Assembly (NCBI GenBank): GCA_051599415.1 | Contig: AP039690.1 | Location: forward strand, 186,001-250,000 | Source: Savitreella phatthalungensis | Taxonomy: Eukaryota | Direction of reading: 5' to 3' | DNA length: 64,000 nt | Part shown: in pieces, positions 21,531-32,996 of the stretch | Numbering within the stretch: position 1 is the first letter of the stretch | Layout: each line of letters begins with the position of its first letter | Translations under genes and position numbers: made by a program | The notes under the pieces: model-generated | Told to the model about the DNA's origin: nothing | Database searches by the model: none | What the model saw: the letters and a program-made list of their open reading frames with translations, nothing else

Positions 21531-22442
21531 CTCCCTACCTGGTTGGCTGCGATTGAATAGGAATCGATCCGAGAATTAGGGCGAGGAGTAAGAACTGGTT
21601 CACTAAAGCAATAGTATCAGCAATATTCTCTAATGAATTGTAGAATTGATATTATACATTTGAGAAGAATTCACTCGGCTCTTCTGCTTTGAGCGCAATT
21701 AGATTTGAGAAATTCGTGACCCTTCGGGTGCATCTTTCCACCGGTCTTTGCTAGATCGATTACAATTTCTAACAAATTCTGGTGACGATCGGGTGAGAAG
21801 GAACTGTCAATACGATAATTTATACATTCATACAGATTACTCCGGTATATTATATAATTCTGCAAATTGAGAATGAATTGGATCTATCCAGCTGGTATAA
21901 AACTTTATTCCGCCGCACGGAATTCAACATATCTGATCCGGTGCATATATATCTCACAGATTTTATAGATACTAGTATCGGACCTGATGAATATTGGGCA
22001 ATTTGATGAGGTAGAATTTAGTTTTATGGAATTCCGGCCATATAGTCAGCCGACTCATCCCGATCGTCATCTCCAGCACGTGCATTCTGAATTCTGTGGA
22101 GCCTCCATCTAGCTTAACACAAGTCGTTGACCCAAATGGTGACCCACACATGCACCCGCTCAACTGTATTAAGATCCGACATCGAATATTTAAGTAACTA
22201 CGCAGATGCATGAGACTGACAGGCTCAACATTCAGCTGCTGTAGTGTACTGCATATTGAACACTCGATCGGTCGTCCTATCCTCTATCTTCACTATGTTC
22301 CTCGACAAGATTCAATAGATCCGCGAATTCCGAAACTCCAAGTAAGCATGCGCACAGATATAGATAGATGTAGTGACAGTGCACGGTATACGGACACATA
22401 CGGCCAGAGCTGACGCCTATGCAGCCAGTCAGCTAGATATCC

Positions 22443-22463
22443 ATATATATATATATATATATA
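22443..22463. repeat. (AT)n microsatellite
   Basis: About 10 perfect AT units. Confidence 0.9.
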
Positions 22464-22826
22464 CATGGGCCTCCGAGATCGAAGCGCGTCTGTCAGAATT
22501 CCACGTAAAGAGTGACGCTACACGTGCATCTCGTCTACCGCCACCTTGCAACAACATGCAGTATATCCATCCGGAAGTCGATTCGTTGATCTCAAGTCCC
22601 TCACAAATGCCGTAGTCACACACCGAAAAGTTCTGAAAAACTACCATGTACGCCACTAGTACATACATACACATACTGACAGCATCAATCCCAGCTTGAC
22701 AGCTTGCTTTTGTTGATTTGACTTGTACGCTGTGTGCCATCCTTGAACCTGCACGTTGCATCATTGTCATTTCTTCGTATCTATACACTCATATCTCCTG
22801 CTGAACTGGCCTCCTCGAGCGCAGGG

Positions 22827-23814
22827 CTAGTCAAACTTGAGCCAGCCATTCGACACACCAGCCTTGAAGATCAACTTGCCAAGCCAATGGTACTCGTGCA
22901 CTTCTTCAAAAAGTCTCTCAAATCTGCTCGTGTCCTGGACGAGCAGCGCCTGCATGATCCTGATGTAAGCACTCGCCAGGCGCTCATACCGACCGATGAC
23001 GCGCTCTTCTGCGTAGCCATCGAGCTCTGCAAGCCGCTCACACAGCGTTTCGAAAATCATCCGCGACTCCTCATTCCGTCCACTGGCCATCTCAGCAACC
23101 ATCGACATCAGCAACTCCATCATCTCATCCTCATCCACCTCCTTTGACTTTTGCCACGCCATCACGATGTCTTCGATTTCGTCGACGAGTGATATGCATC
23201 GCTTGTACATCACTTTCGGAGGAATATCGTGCCTGAGTCGTGTATCGTGAAGAAACGCCGCAACAGCCTGTCGGTGACTCACCGCGTCTCGCTCAGTCCT
23301 GAGTACGTTGACAAATTCATCACAGACTTGTTCCCATCGATCGACGCCTGTTGTTGAGTCCCCGGACGCTTTCAGATCCAGCAGCAAATCTAGCAGGTAC
23401 TCCGACTTGATACTCACGCTGCTCAGCCGCGGGATCTCATACGGCTTTACGTAGTTGGTTGCTGTAGAGTGAGTCTTTGCAGGCGCTGTGGAATCGGTTG
23501 ATTGTGGCTTGGCGCACTCGGCCCGGTGCAGAACGGCGCGGAGTCTCGTGTTTTTTCGCTGCTCTTCTTGCAAGCGCTTCTTCCAGAACTCGATTCCGTC
23601 AAAGTAAAACTTCTGCTCGTTTGACGATCCTGACGATTGTCCATACGGTGGCACATTGGTGATTGACTCCCGCAGTAATTCGACGTACGTCTGTGGTGTC
23701 ATAGCGCGCGGTATCGACCGAGCTAGCGCAATAGCCTGCATCAATCAGGTCAGCATCAATACGTCGACTGAAAACGGGACATACGAGGACCTGCTCGTCA
23801 TCAGAAGATGCCAT
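22827..23814 (-). CDS. Putative Mei4/Rec24-like meiotic double-strand-break protein, 2 exons, 312 aa
   Basis: Exon 1 23814-23785 (MASSDDEQVL), 49-nt intron GTATGT..GCTGAC..GCAG, exon 2 23735-22827. N-terminus LAIALARSIP...TYVELLR...FWKKRLQEE..RLR resembles MEI4 signature motifs. Confidence 0.6.
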
Positions 23815-24100
23815 GACCTAGATGTCAATCATGAGTGCCACCATCAGTGCTGTTCCTTTCTCAAATCAGTGTGAGATCGGAATTCAAAAGCCAGTCGTGC
23901 ATTCACTAAGATCTTTGACCCTGTTGAATCACGTGTTTGTTTTTCATTCAGGAACTTTGAGCTAACCGATCGATCGGGATAGTGATCAATCGATCAGGCT
24001 CTTTAGGTACAGTGTAATAATAGGTCTTCATAAGGGTTACAAGCACAGGCACAGGTCAAGTGGCACAAGACCGCAGACGTCGAGTGATCAGTTGTCGAGA

Positions 24101-25138
24101 ATGCTTCGTCAAATCAAGCCAAAGAATGCGCGGTCGAAGCGTGTACAGGACGACAAGAGTCCGAAGCTTGTGGAGAATGCGAAGACGGCAATCTTTGTGC
24201 AGACGTCGACCTGCAACGAGCTCACCCGGTCGATTCTCTTAGACCTGGCGACGCTCAAGAAGCCAGACTCTCTTTCATTCAACCGGCGAAAGGACAACCA
24301 GGTCCTTCCATTCGAGGACGCCTCGTCAATCGAGTTCTTTGCAGAGAAGAACGATGCCAGCATCGTCGTCCTCGGATCACACTCGAAGAAGCGGCCACAT
24401 AACATCGTGTTTGCTCGGACGTTTGACTACAAGCTGCTGGACATGCTAGAGGTTGGTGTGGAAGGTGAAAAGGTGAAGCTGTTGCGGGATTTCCCCATGG
24501 TCAAGTCGAATGTGGGTGTGCGGCCGCTGATGTGTTTCTGCGGCCCCTTGTTTGAGTCGCACGAGCCGTTCCGCCAGCTCAAGTCGTTCATGCTCGATCT
24601 GTACCGCGGTAGGGAGATCAAGACGATCGATGCGGTTGCGCTCCAGCACGTTCTGGTGTTTTCACATGGCGAGAGCGCTGGGGACTCGTCCATGACACCG
24701 GCAGTCCACATGCGCGGGTATTTGATCCGCGCACATCGGACGGGTAATGGCAAGTTGCCGAGGGTCGAGTTGGACGAGATGGGCCCGTCGATCGACTTGC
24801 GCGTCAGGCGCGGTCAGCCTGCAGAGGAAGGGTTGTGGAAGGACGCGATGCGGAGACCGACAAAGCAGCAGCCCAAGACGAAGAAGAACGTCGACACGGA
24901 TGCAGTCGGCGACAAGGTCGCAACTGTTCACGTTGGCAGGCAAGATCTCGCTGGTCTCCAGACTCGGAAATTCAAGGGTCTCAAACGGGGTAGATCGGAT
25001 GCGGATGATGACGAGGATGATGTCGTCGACGATGACGAGGGAAGTCTCGCTGGCGGACAGTACAGTTCAGGCGAGGACGAGGACGACGATGACGATGATG
25101 ATGAGGAAGATTCACCACCTGCAAAACGTCGCGCATAA
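24101..25138 (+). CDS. RPF2: Ribosome biogenesis factor Rpf2 (Brix domain)
   Basis: MLRQIKPKNARSKR, PFEDASSIEFFAEKNDAS, HSKKRPHN, PRVELDEMGP. Acidic tail. Confidence 0.95.
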   Translation: MLRQIKPKNARSKRVQDDKSPKLVENAKTAIFVQTSTCNELTRSILLDLATLKKPDSLSFNRRKDNQVLPFEDASSIEFFAEKNDASIVVLGSHSKKRPHNIVFARTFDYKLLDMLEVGVEGEKVKLLRDFPMVKSNVGVRPLMCFCGPLFESHEPFRQLKSFMLDLYRGREIKTIDAVALQHVLVFSHGESAGDSSMTPAVHMRGYLIRAHRTGNGKLPRVELDEMGPSIDLRVRRGQPAEEGLWKDAMRRPTKQQPKTKKNVDTDAVGDKVATVHVGRQDLAGLQTRKFKGLKRGRSDADDDEDDVVDDDEGSLAGGQYSSGEDEDDDDDDDEEDSPPAKRRA

Positions 25139-25210
25139 GTCACGGTATCATTCTACGATCACGATCACGATCACATACACCTCTTTTGTACATTATGCAT
25201 TGCGTCATTA

Positions 25211-27763
25211 TCAACGTTGTGACCCTGACGACGACTCTCGCTTCACTAGACCTGGCCCTTTTCCTGCTCTGCCAACGCTCTTGCCTGTGGACATTGTCGA
25301 TGCGGTACTCGAAGCTCTGACGAGTTTGGGTGTCGGTTCCGGCTTAATGTAGGAGACACCGGATGTCTGCGCGAGATTCGGGACTTCATGCTTGACACCT
25401 TTATTTTTGCCGTCGATGTCATTGGGTGATTGTTCTCGGACGTGGCAGAGCTCGACGCGGATGCCGCATAGGGACATCTGATCGAGCCAGGCGAGTTGGG
25501 TCTCCGAGAGCCTGTCTCCGGGACCTTTGACCTCGACAAACATCGCCTCGGCTTCCGGGTGATGGTCGGACGCAGGACGCCATAGACACAAGTCACCGAC
25601 ACCGCCGACGCGGTGACCGTACTCTTCCGCAAACAGTCGCATAATCCGAGACAGCGGTGTCGCACCAAGACATTCCACTAGTGCAAGCAGATCCGCCAGA
25701 GCGTAGTCCCACTGTAGGCCGACACACCAGGTCTTGCGCTCACGATGGGCCGCATCGACCTGCGAGAGAATGTGCGGTGCAGCCCCGTTGTCGATCTCTG
25801 CAAGTCGATGGTGGATGTGTGATGCGCGAGCTGGGAAGAAGGCATCGGTGGCGAGGTCGAGCGGTGCTGTCTGGAAGGGTGTCTGAAAGACGCCGTGCAC
25901 GGGGAGAAAGAGAATGTCGAAGAAGAGCATCGCGAACAAGGTGGTGACGATTGAATTTTCCGAATGAAAACCTAGGTAGCCTTGTTCCTGGTAGGCTTCA
26001 AGAGCCAAGCGCTCCACAGAGCATTCTTCCCCGGAATGCCTCGATCGCCATACGGAGTGCTTCCCGACAAGCCGGTCGTCCAGTCGCTCTCCATAGACGT
26101 AGCTTTCCTTTGCCCTGCGCAGGGCGACGTGACTAAAGTTGTGCCGCTCTCGAACTGGCAGGCGTAGGTCTCGCTCAATGCGCACGATGCGACGTTGGAG
26201 CACGTCGTGATGGATTTGGTGAGTGTCCGGATCTCTTAGGGCGGTCATACAAGTTTCCAGGGCGACTCGCTTAGAATTACGTCTGTCGCGCTCAGAGCCG
26301 CCGTTGTGCATGCTCGGGTTGTAGTGCTGCTCGATCAGAGCTTTTCGATCATACCACTCCCCTCGTCGGCCCAGGCGATAGACTTTCTGAGCCAGGAGTG
26401 TCGACAAAAGCTCATGCTCGCGCGCGTATTCGTGGCGGCGGGCAAGGACTGCAGCCGCCTTGAAGATCAATCGCGTCCAGATCCATGGCGCCGTGAATCG
26501 TCGCGAGTAGTAGGTAGAGCTCGTCTGAGGATTTGTCTCGATGGCTTCCTGTTCCGAGATGACTGCCGCCTGCCAGCGTTCGTACACGAGCTCAAAGACC
26601 TCCATAACTCGACAGAGCCCTTCTTCTGTCGTATGCATCTCCATGATGAAGTCGACCTCCGCCTTGAGCTTCAGTGCAGCTTCGTACTCGATCAGATCCT
26701 CACGCGAGCGGAAGACGTCCGCTTGCCGATCGACGTCATACTCTGGGAAGTTGCGCTTCGAGATACGCGCGAGGATAAGCGTGGTCAAGGACTTCTCGTC
26801 GTACTCTGCACTGCGATAAAATACCAGGTGCAGGCGATGAAATAGCTCGACAGGTATTTCAGAGAGCCTGATAAGTGGCCCCAGGATAGCTCTGACGCGT
26901 AGCGTCACCTCTGCAGTCTTGTTCCTCAGTTGACCACCTTGGCTATTGCTGACATTCGAATTGCTGGTCTTCGTGAACGCAGCCGCGATTCCAAGTTGGC
27001 TGTTGCCGACGCTCAGTAATCCTTCTACGAGCTTGTCTTTCGTGGCAGCTGTGCTCCTGAAGTTAAGCTCTTTGGCGAGCATTCTGAGCTCGTCAACAGA
27101 AAGGTGTCGAGCGAGTTCATCGAGTGTGAGGTCATCATCGGTGTCCATGAGTCTGCATGCAGACAGCAATGCACAAGCACGGGATACATCACTGATGTCC
27201 GACTCATATCCAATGCGTTCTTGCCGGAACCATGCACCGCGCTTACGCAAGAACAACCTGACGTAGAGGTATCGGGCCTCGTAGCTGCACGCGCGGTAGG
27301 TCGACAAGATCTTGTGCTCGTCACTGTTGAAGAGAAAGGCCTCGTGCTCGAGCACAGTATCGAGAGCAAGCTCAAACGCGCGCGTATATAGACTGTCCTG
27401 AGCGCGTTTCGCTTGACGATCCAGGTGTGGAGCTCGACGCGGCGACAGTGTGACATCAAAACCAATCCGAGCAATGTTACCCGGTGTCAGCTCGGTCTCG
27501 ATAGCCATTTCACGGGTCGAGCCAGGGACCGGCGGAGATGGCGTCCGCTGTCCATCACGATCTACTCCGGAAGCAGGACGGAAGCGTTGCTGTGGCGTGA
27601 CAGGTTCATTCTTTCTAAGACCATCTTCGGGAAGTGGCTCTGTCACTGGTCGTGTAGTCGATGCCGGCGAGGCTGTCCTGCGTCTTTTGAAAGGTCGATT
27701 GTCCGGGGTCGTTGGACAAGGAACCTGGGAGCCTTCATAAGGCTCGAAGGCTGGTTGAAGCAT
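25211..27763 (-). CDS. FAN1: Fanconi-associated nuclease 1 (VRR-NUC)
   Basis: LYVRLFLRK, RRGEWYDRKALI, SVERLAL, FQTAPLDL, and VRR-NUC GGVGDLCLW...FVEVKGPGDRLSETQ. Confidence 0.92.
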   Translation of the reverse strand: MLQPAFEPYEGSQVPCPTTPDNRPFKRRRTASPASTTRPVTEPLPEDGLRKNEPVTPQQRFRPASGVDRDGQRTPSPPVPGSTREMAIETELTPGNIARIGFDVTLSPRRAPHLDRQAKRAQDSLYTRAFELALDTVLEHEAFLFNSDEHKILSTYRACSYEARYLYVRLFLRKRGAWFRQERIGYESDISDVSRACALLSACRLMDTDDDLTLDELARHLSVDELRMLAKELNFRSTAATKDKLVEGLLSVGNSQLGIAAAFTKTSNSNVSNSQGGQLRNKTAEVTLRVRAILGPLIRLSEIPVELFHRLHLVFYRSAEYDEKSLTTLILARISKRNFPEYDVDRQADVFRSREDLIEYEAALKLKAEVDFIMEMHTTEEGLCRVMEVFELVYERWQAAVISEQEAIETNPQTSSTYYSRRFTAPWIWTRLIFKAAAVLARRHEYAREHELLSTLLAQKVYRLGRRGEWYDRKALIEQHYNPSMHNGGSERDRRNSKRVALETCMTALRDPDTHQIHHDVLQRRIVRIERDLRLPVRERHNFSHVALRRAKESYVYGERLDDRLVGKHSVWRSRHSGEECSVERLALEAYQEQGYLGFHSENSIVTTLFAMLFFDILFLPVHGVFQTPFQTAPLDLATDAFFPARASHIHHRLAEIDNGAAPHILSQVDAAHRERKTWCVGLQWDYALADLLALVECLGATPLSRIMRLFAEEYGHRVGGVGDLCLWRPASDHHPEAEAMFVEVKGPGDRLSETQLAWLDQMSLCGIRVELCHVREQSPNDIDGKNKGVKHEVPNLAQTSGVSYIKPEPTPKLVRASSTASTMSTGKSVGRAGKGPGLVKRESSSGSQR

Positions 27764-28054
27764 GTCTCGAGCATATTCTCACCTTCCTCTCTGAATGTCT
27801 TGACTTCGTTATAATCTGTATTGTGAGCTCACGTCATTGTCATCGAGCTCTTTCGTTGTGCATTCGTTCTGATCTGGGATGTGATGGTCTCGTGCATTAG
27901 GTTGCGTAGCGTTACAGTATGCTGTGACGGTGCCTACTCCACACAAAAATGCACGAGCCATATACACCATGATACTCTGTCACTACCGTACAGGACAAGG
28001 CCAGCAAATCGCAAGGACGCTGATAGATACGCCGGCCACGGAGTATTTGAAGGC

Positions 28055-29767
28055 ATGGAAGGTACAGAGCATGGTTCAGACAGGTACAGCAGACCTGCTG
28101 GTCGTGGAGACATCCGCGATGAGCCTGAAAACTACAGATCGACGAGGGATGTGCGGGACTCGAATGACAGATACGGTGATCGGAGTTATCGTGGCGATCG
28201 GGACCGCGACAGGGATGGTTACAGAGACAGACGCTCACGGTACGAGGATGACAGACGGCATTATGATAGACGCGACGATCGCAGAGATGATCGGCGTGAT
28301 GACCGACGCGGTGGAGACTACTCCAGAGATGACAGACGTGTAGATTCTCGCAGAGACGACCGACGTGATGATCGAAGAAATGATCGTAGGGACGGTCGCA
28401 GCAGGGACGATCGTCGAGGCTTTGAAGATCGTGACTATCGTCGGCCGTCTGCTCGCGGGGGAGATATCCGGGACGATTTCGATCAACGGAGTAGCGGACG
28501 GAGAGACGAGGCTAGGGAGAGATCGCTGTCTCCCGTTCGGCCGCGCGAGCCTACGCCGGATCTGACGGAAGTGATACCAATTTTGGAGCGTAAGCGCAAG
28601 AGGACTCTGTGGGACGTGCGCCCGCCGGGATTCGATGGTGTGTCTGCAGAGCAGGCGAAGATGTCCGGCCTGTTCGCGCTACCAGGTCAGCCTCGTGCAG
28701 GTACAGCCGATCCAGAAAAATTGCGAGCGTTTGCGGAGAAGGCGAACCAGGTGATGGAACGACCGCCTGAGCTGCTACCCTCTGCGTCGCGCCAAGCTCG
28801 CAGACTGTTCGTGGACCGGCTGCCACCGCTCACAGAAGAGTCTGCTTTGATCGCATTCTTCAACGACCTGCTATACAACACAAATGTCTCGGCGGATCCA
28901 ACAAAACCTGCTTGTTTGTCTGCAAATATTAACCGTGAGCGAGGGTATGCAATTGTGACACTCCGGAGCTCAGAGGAAGCGACATTTGCAATAGCTTACA
29001 ATGGTACGGTCTGGGAAGGTTCGGCGCTTGAGATGCGCAGGCCAGATGATTACATTGTGCCAGAAGCACGCGCGGAGGATGCGCCTATCGATGGCACTGC
29101 GAACGAGGAAGGCGTGGTGAGCGGCAGGTTGCAAGACACACCGGACAAAGTCCTTGTCACGGGCTTGCCACTCGCACTTGGCGAGCAGGAATGCACCGAG
29201 TTACTTTCGAGTGTGGGAGAGCTCAAGTACGTCCAGCTTGTGCGGGATGTGTCGAGCGGTGACTCGCGCGGGGTGGCGTTTTGCCAGTGGAAGGATGCTT
29301 CAACGACGGATGCTATGTGTGACGGACTGAACGGTCTCGAGCTCGGCGACAACCGACTGCGTGTTGTTCGCGCGTGCCAAGGCCGGACCCAGGCGGCGAT
29401 GCAGGACACGTCAGTGCAGGCAATGTCAGATCTTGCGGGTACAGGACAGGACACCCCGAGTTCACGCGTCTTGTTGCTGCTGAATCTCGTCAGTGGCGAC
29501 GAAATAGGAGACAAATTCGAGCACGCCGACATTTGCGACAATGTGCGAACGGAATGTGAAAAGTACGGTCGTGTACGGGATCTCAAGGTGCCTCAGCCAA
29601 CAGGTGGATCCAGGGTAAACTTGGGCGTTGGCAAGGTCTATGTCCGGTTCGAGCGAGAGGACGATGCTTTGGAGGCCCTTACACGCCTAGCAGGTCGCAG
29701 ATTCGCCGACAGGACTGTCTTGACAAGCCTGTACCCTGAGGACAACTATGAGGTGGAAGCATTCTGA
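28055..29767 (+). CDS. U2 snRNP auxiliary factor large subunit (U2AF65/Prp2/Mud2)
   Basis: RD-rich N-terminus, WDVRPPGF ULM, two RRMs and a C-terminal UHM (GVGKVYVRF...LAGRRFADRTV). Start ATG 28055. Confidence 0.93.
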   Translation: MEGTEHGSDRYSRPAGRGDIRDEPENYRSTRDVRDSNDRYGDRSYRGDRDRDRDGYRDRRSRYEDDRRHYDRRDDRRDDRRDDRRGGDYSRDDRRVDSRRDDRRDDRRNDRRDGRSRDDRRGFEDRDYRRPSARGGDIRDDFDQRSSGRRDEARERSLSPVRPREPTPDLTEVIPILERKRKRTLWDVRPPGFDGVSAEQAKMSGLFALPGQPRAGTADPEKLRAFAEKANQVMERPPELLPSASRQARRLFVDRLPPLTEESALIAFFNDLLYNTNVSADPTKPACLSANINRERGYAIVTLRSSEEATFAIAYNGTVWEGSALEMRRPDDYIVPEARAEDAPIDGTANEEGVVSGRLQDTPDKVLVTGLPLALGEQECTELLSSVGELKYVQLVRDVSSGDSRGVAFCQWKDASTTDAMCDGLNGLELGDNRLRVVRACQGRTQAAMQDTSVQAMSDLAGTGQDTPSSRVLLLLNLVSGDEIGDKFEHADICDNVRTECEKYGRVRDLKVPQPTGGSRVNLGVGKVYVRFEREDDALEALTRLAGRRFADRTVLTSLYPEDNYEVEAF

Positions 29768-31715
29768 CCAGTAGACAATGCGGCAGGTAGAATAGCTCTA
29801 TCAATTATTTGTAGAGATGACAGAATGGAAGGGACAAAAAAGAAGATCATAAACATCATTGACGAAATGGTCTCGGCGAGCATGTCTCAGAAGAACGGCA
29901 CACATCCGGGAAACACGGCGACAAGGAGGTCTTTGGGAAATGACGAGGTTATTGTGAAGGACGTCATTCGATACTGACTCGTCTGCCAAAGGAAGGCTGG
30001 CTAGACGCAAGCAATTCCGTCAGCATGCTGACACAATGAATTATAATTAATCCAATGTCTCAACCTGCCTCCCTGATTTCTCATTCCTTAAGCGATGTGT
30101 CTCTGACTGGTACCAAAGAGTCTATTCAGGGCAACTGATCTATGCGCAGAGTGTTTCGATCTATTTAGAGTGAATCCATGATCTCCTGCACTGCAGTAAC
30201 CTGAGCAGTATCGGCTTGTGGGAAAGCAGTATGAGTTGCACAGTATTTTCTCTGTGCTAATTTATATCCTTTCCAGAGCGATCTCCTGACTAGCAAGTAG
30301 ATTTGGTGCTTGCGTTCAGCCAGTTTCCACTGTGAATATATACCTTCGTAGCTCCTATTCGCTCCACTGGAGTATACCTCACCTATATACAGATCACGAA
30401 TTTACATCTTACCAGATTCACTGAATCCAGATTTGAAGGCAGCATAAAGCCAATCAAATTTCTGCGCAGAAAGGCTATGTGAGAATAGGAAAGAGAAAAG
30501 GCAATGAAAGGTAGGAAAGAGGAATAAAATCTTTGAAGGGAATATGGGAGCGCCAAGTCAGGTTTGAGTGTTTTTCAGGTGGAATATCTTAGCTTGACTC
30601 TGATTCGATCCAGATTACAACAATTTGTTATTCACAGCATTCAGGAGAGCTTGCCGCGGCTGGATTCAAATTGTCCCATGTGATGACTAGATTTTATCTC
30701 ACCTTCCAAGTACACCTCTTTGAGCCCTGGCACTGAGAGTGTCTGCCTTTCCGTACGGCAGGACAACGCTATACCCGTGTCATGCTGCTGTGATACATCA
30801 CCATCGACCTGCATTACACCCGTCTCATGGGTCTTCGTGTGTCGACAGGTTATACAGTAAGAATTGAGTCTTGCTCCACATTGTCTAATTGGCAATACAG
30901 ATCTCTGGAGAACTGCATAGTCGACCAATCGTTGGTAGATCTTGTTGGAGCTTTCATCTGGTGACAATCGATGCCCCCGAGATGTGCAGCTCAGCAGCGC
31001 GCCGCACGTATCGTATTCAGTTCAGCTAATAATCTTCAAGTTCTGTGTGATAGGGTCGGAGTTGCATGTCATTGATCACAGAAGTAAGACACGCAGGCCT
31101 AAGGGACCGCAGCGCGTCTCAGGTAGCCGTTGCTCGTCGACCTTGATCTCGACCGACGCGATATGTCTCAAATGTATATATACAGTACCCAGGATCAGTA
31201 ACAGATATCAGAACATGAAATTACATTTGGATTCGCTACCCGTGATCTCGGTCAAGTTGAAACCACAAAGCACGGCAAATTTGCATGGCTTTGAATGCCG
31301 ATTGAGGGGATTCTGCTATCAACGAGAGCGAAGTGGCGCCGCAGAGACATTGAATAGCTAGCTCTCTAACCTACTCGGGACCTCTTTCCCCTTATTCTCT
31401 CCGGCTCATTGACCCGAATGAATATGTTCTAGTAGTGCTATTGACTCCGGTTGGTCCCCACAGCTGAGCCGTGCGCCTGTCCAAGCCAGCAAGCTTAGCC
31501 TGTAACGTCTGAAAGTCCGTATGGTCCTCAGACCAGGCGCGAGTCACAGGTAATATTGCTCGCGGGCGTCGAGGAAAGGAGGGTTAGAATAGCATGAACA
31601 GTGTGTAGCCCTGTAACCGTTGTGTGTAGTGGATTGCCATGGTCGAGTATATGAAGACGGACTTCGCCGCTCTTTGTCGCCACGAATCGAACTGCTCCTA
31701 TAAATTAGACACAGT

Positions 31716-32681
31716 ATGATGCTCGCAGTCGCGCTTCTAGGCGCCGTGGCCGCATCCCCTGTGCCAGAGCTTGAGACACGTGCGTACGGAGGCTTTGGCA
31801 CACTGCAGAACCTCTTCTTCTTCGGCGACTCCTACACTGCCTCTGGCTTCAATGTCAGCGGCAAGCAGCCTTCAGCCAGCAATCCGCTTGGCAATCCTAG
31901 TCCTCCGGTGACTAGCAGTGCGAACGGTGTCTGGTCAACCTTGCTCGGAACAGCTTCGGGCTACACCATCCCGACCTTTGATCTGGCATGGTATGGCGCA
32001 ACGGTCGACCCTACCATCTCGCCACCATACACACCGAGCGTCCACACCATCAAACAGCAGGTTCAGCAAGACTGGAAGCCCAACTATACGGGAAAGAAGC
32101 AGACATGGAACCCCGATACCACAGGTTTCTTCGTATGGGGCGGCCAGAACGACCTGAACGGTGCCATTCTCGCTAGCGATCGCGTCAATATGACGGCCGC
32201 TGAGCTGACGATGAATCAGACTTGGACGGCGTACAAGAATCTGCTTGACGAGATGTACAACGCCGGCGCGCGAAACTTCATCGTGCTCGGCCTCAGCGCC
32301 GTCGAGACAGTTCCGGAGCTTTACGGTCTCTCCGATGATCTGAGACAGTGGATCATCGCTCAGCGCGGCGCCTGGTGGGCAAGGCTCTCAGACTGGTACT
32401 GGAACAGGTATAAGTACTGGCCCGGCGCAGCTGTCGCCATCTACGATCCAGCTGCAGCGCAGGTCTCCTTGTTGAACAACTCAACGCGCCTCGCCCAGCT
32501 GGGTATCACGCAGAGCCAGGGATTCTGTCAACAGTACTGGTCGGTCAACAACGCCCCACAGGGCTACTCCGACCCCGCTTGCCCCGTACCGCTCAGCCAG
32601 TACTTCTGGCTCAACAATCTCCACCCAACGCAGGTCATGCACCGCGTCTGGGCAGATGAGGTCAAGGCACGCATCTCATAA
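31716..32681 (+). CDS. Secreted SGNH/GDSL esterase (CE16-like acetylesterase)
   Basis: Signal peptide, FFGDSYT, LAWYGAT, GQND, YFWLNNLHPT. Confidence 0.88.
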   Translation: MMLAVALLGAVAASPVPELETRAYGGFGTLQNLFFFGDSYTASGFNVSGKQPSASNPLGNPSPPVTSSANGVWSTLLGTASGYTIPTFDLAWYGATVDPTISPPYTPSVHTIKQQVQQDWKPNYTGKKQTWNPDTTGFFVWGGQNDLNGAILASDRVNMTAAELTMNQTWTAYKNLLDEMYNAGARNFIVLGLSAVETVPELYGLSDDLRQWIIAQRGAWWARLSDWYWNRYKYWPGAAVAIYDPAAAQVSLLNNSTRLAQLGITQSQGFCQQYWSVNNAPQGYSDPACPVPLSQYFWLNNLHPTQVMHRVWADEVKARIS

Positions 32682-32996
32682 ATCGCCCGGGCCCGGCGAG
32701 TTTCACGTCAAAAGACGTCTGTAGATTAGATTTGGCTTATAATGACCTTTTCGAAAGTGCTACTCGTGCATTCATGAGTGAGAACAGGCTGCATTCGTTG
32801 TCTCGAGGTGGGGTTCAAGTACGTGTTAATGTCTGCGTCAAGAATGATTTCGAAATCAACACGTGTTCGATCAAATATGCAGCACGACATCATGCTCGTG
32901 CCCGCCATAATGAGCATGTCTGTACGCACCTGCTTAAAGTAGACACGTACGCACGTATCGAGGATTCAGCCTTCCGCACTCCTCTCTTGCGCCAGC

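Noticed and set aside
27881..28054. Upstream extension of the U2AF large subunit ORF
   Set aside because: GTG-initiated, lies in the short divergent gap with FAN1, and lacks U2AF character. A start at an upstream in-frame ATG is not strictly excluded.
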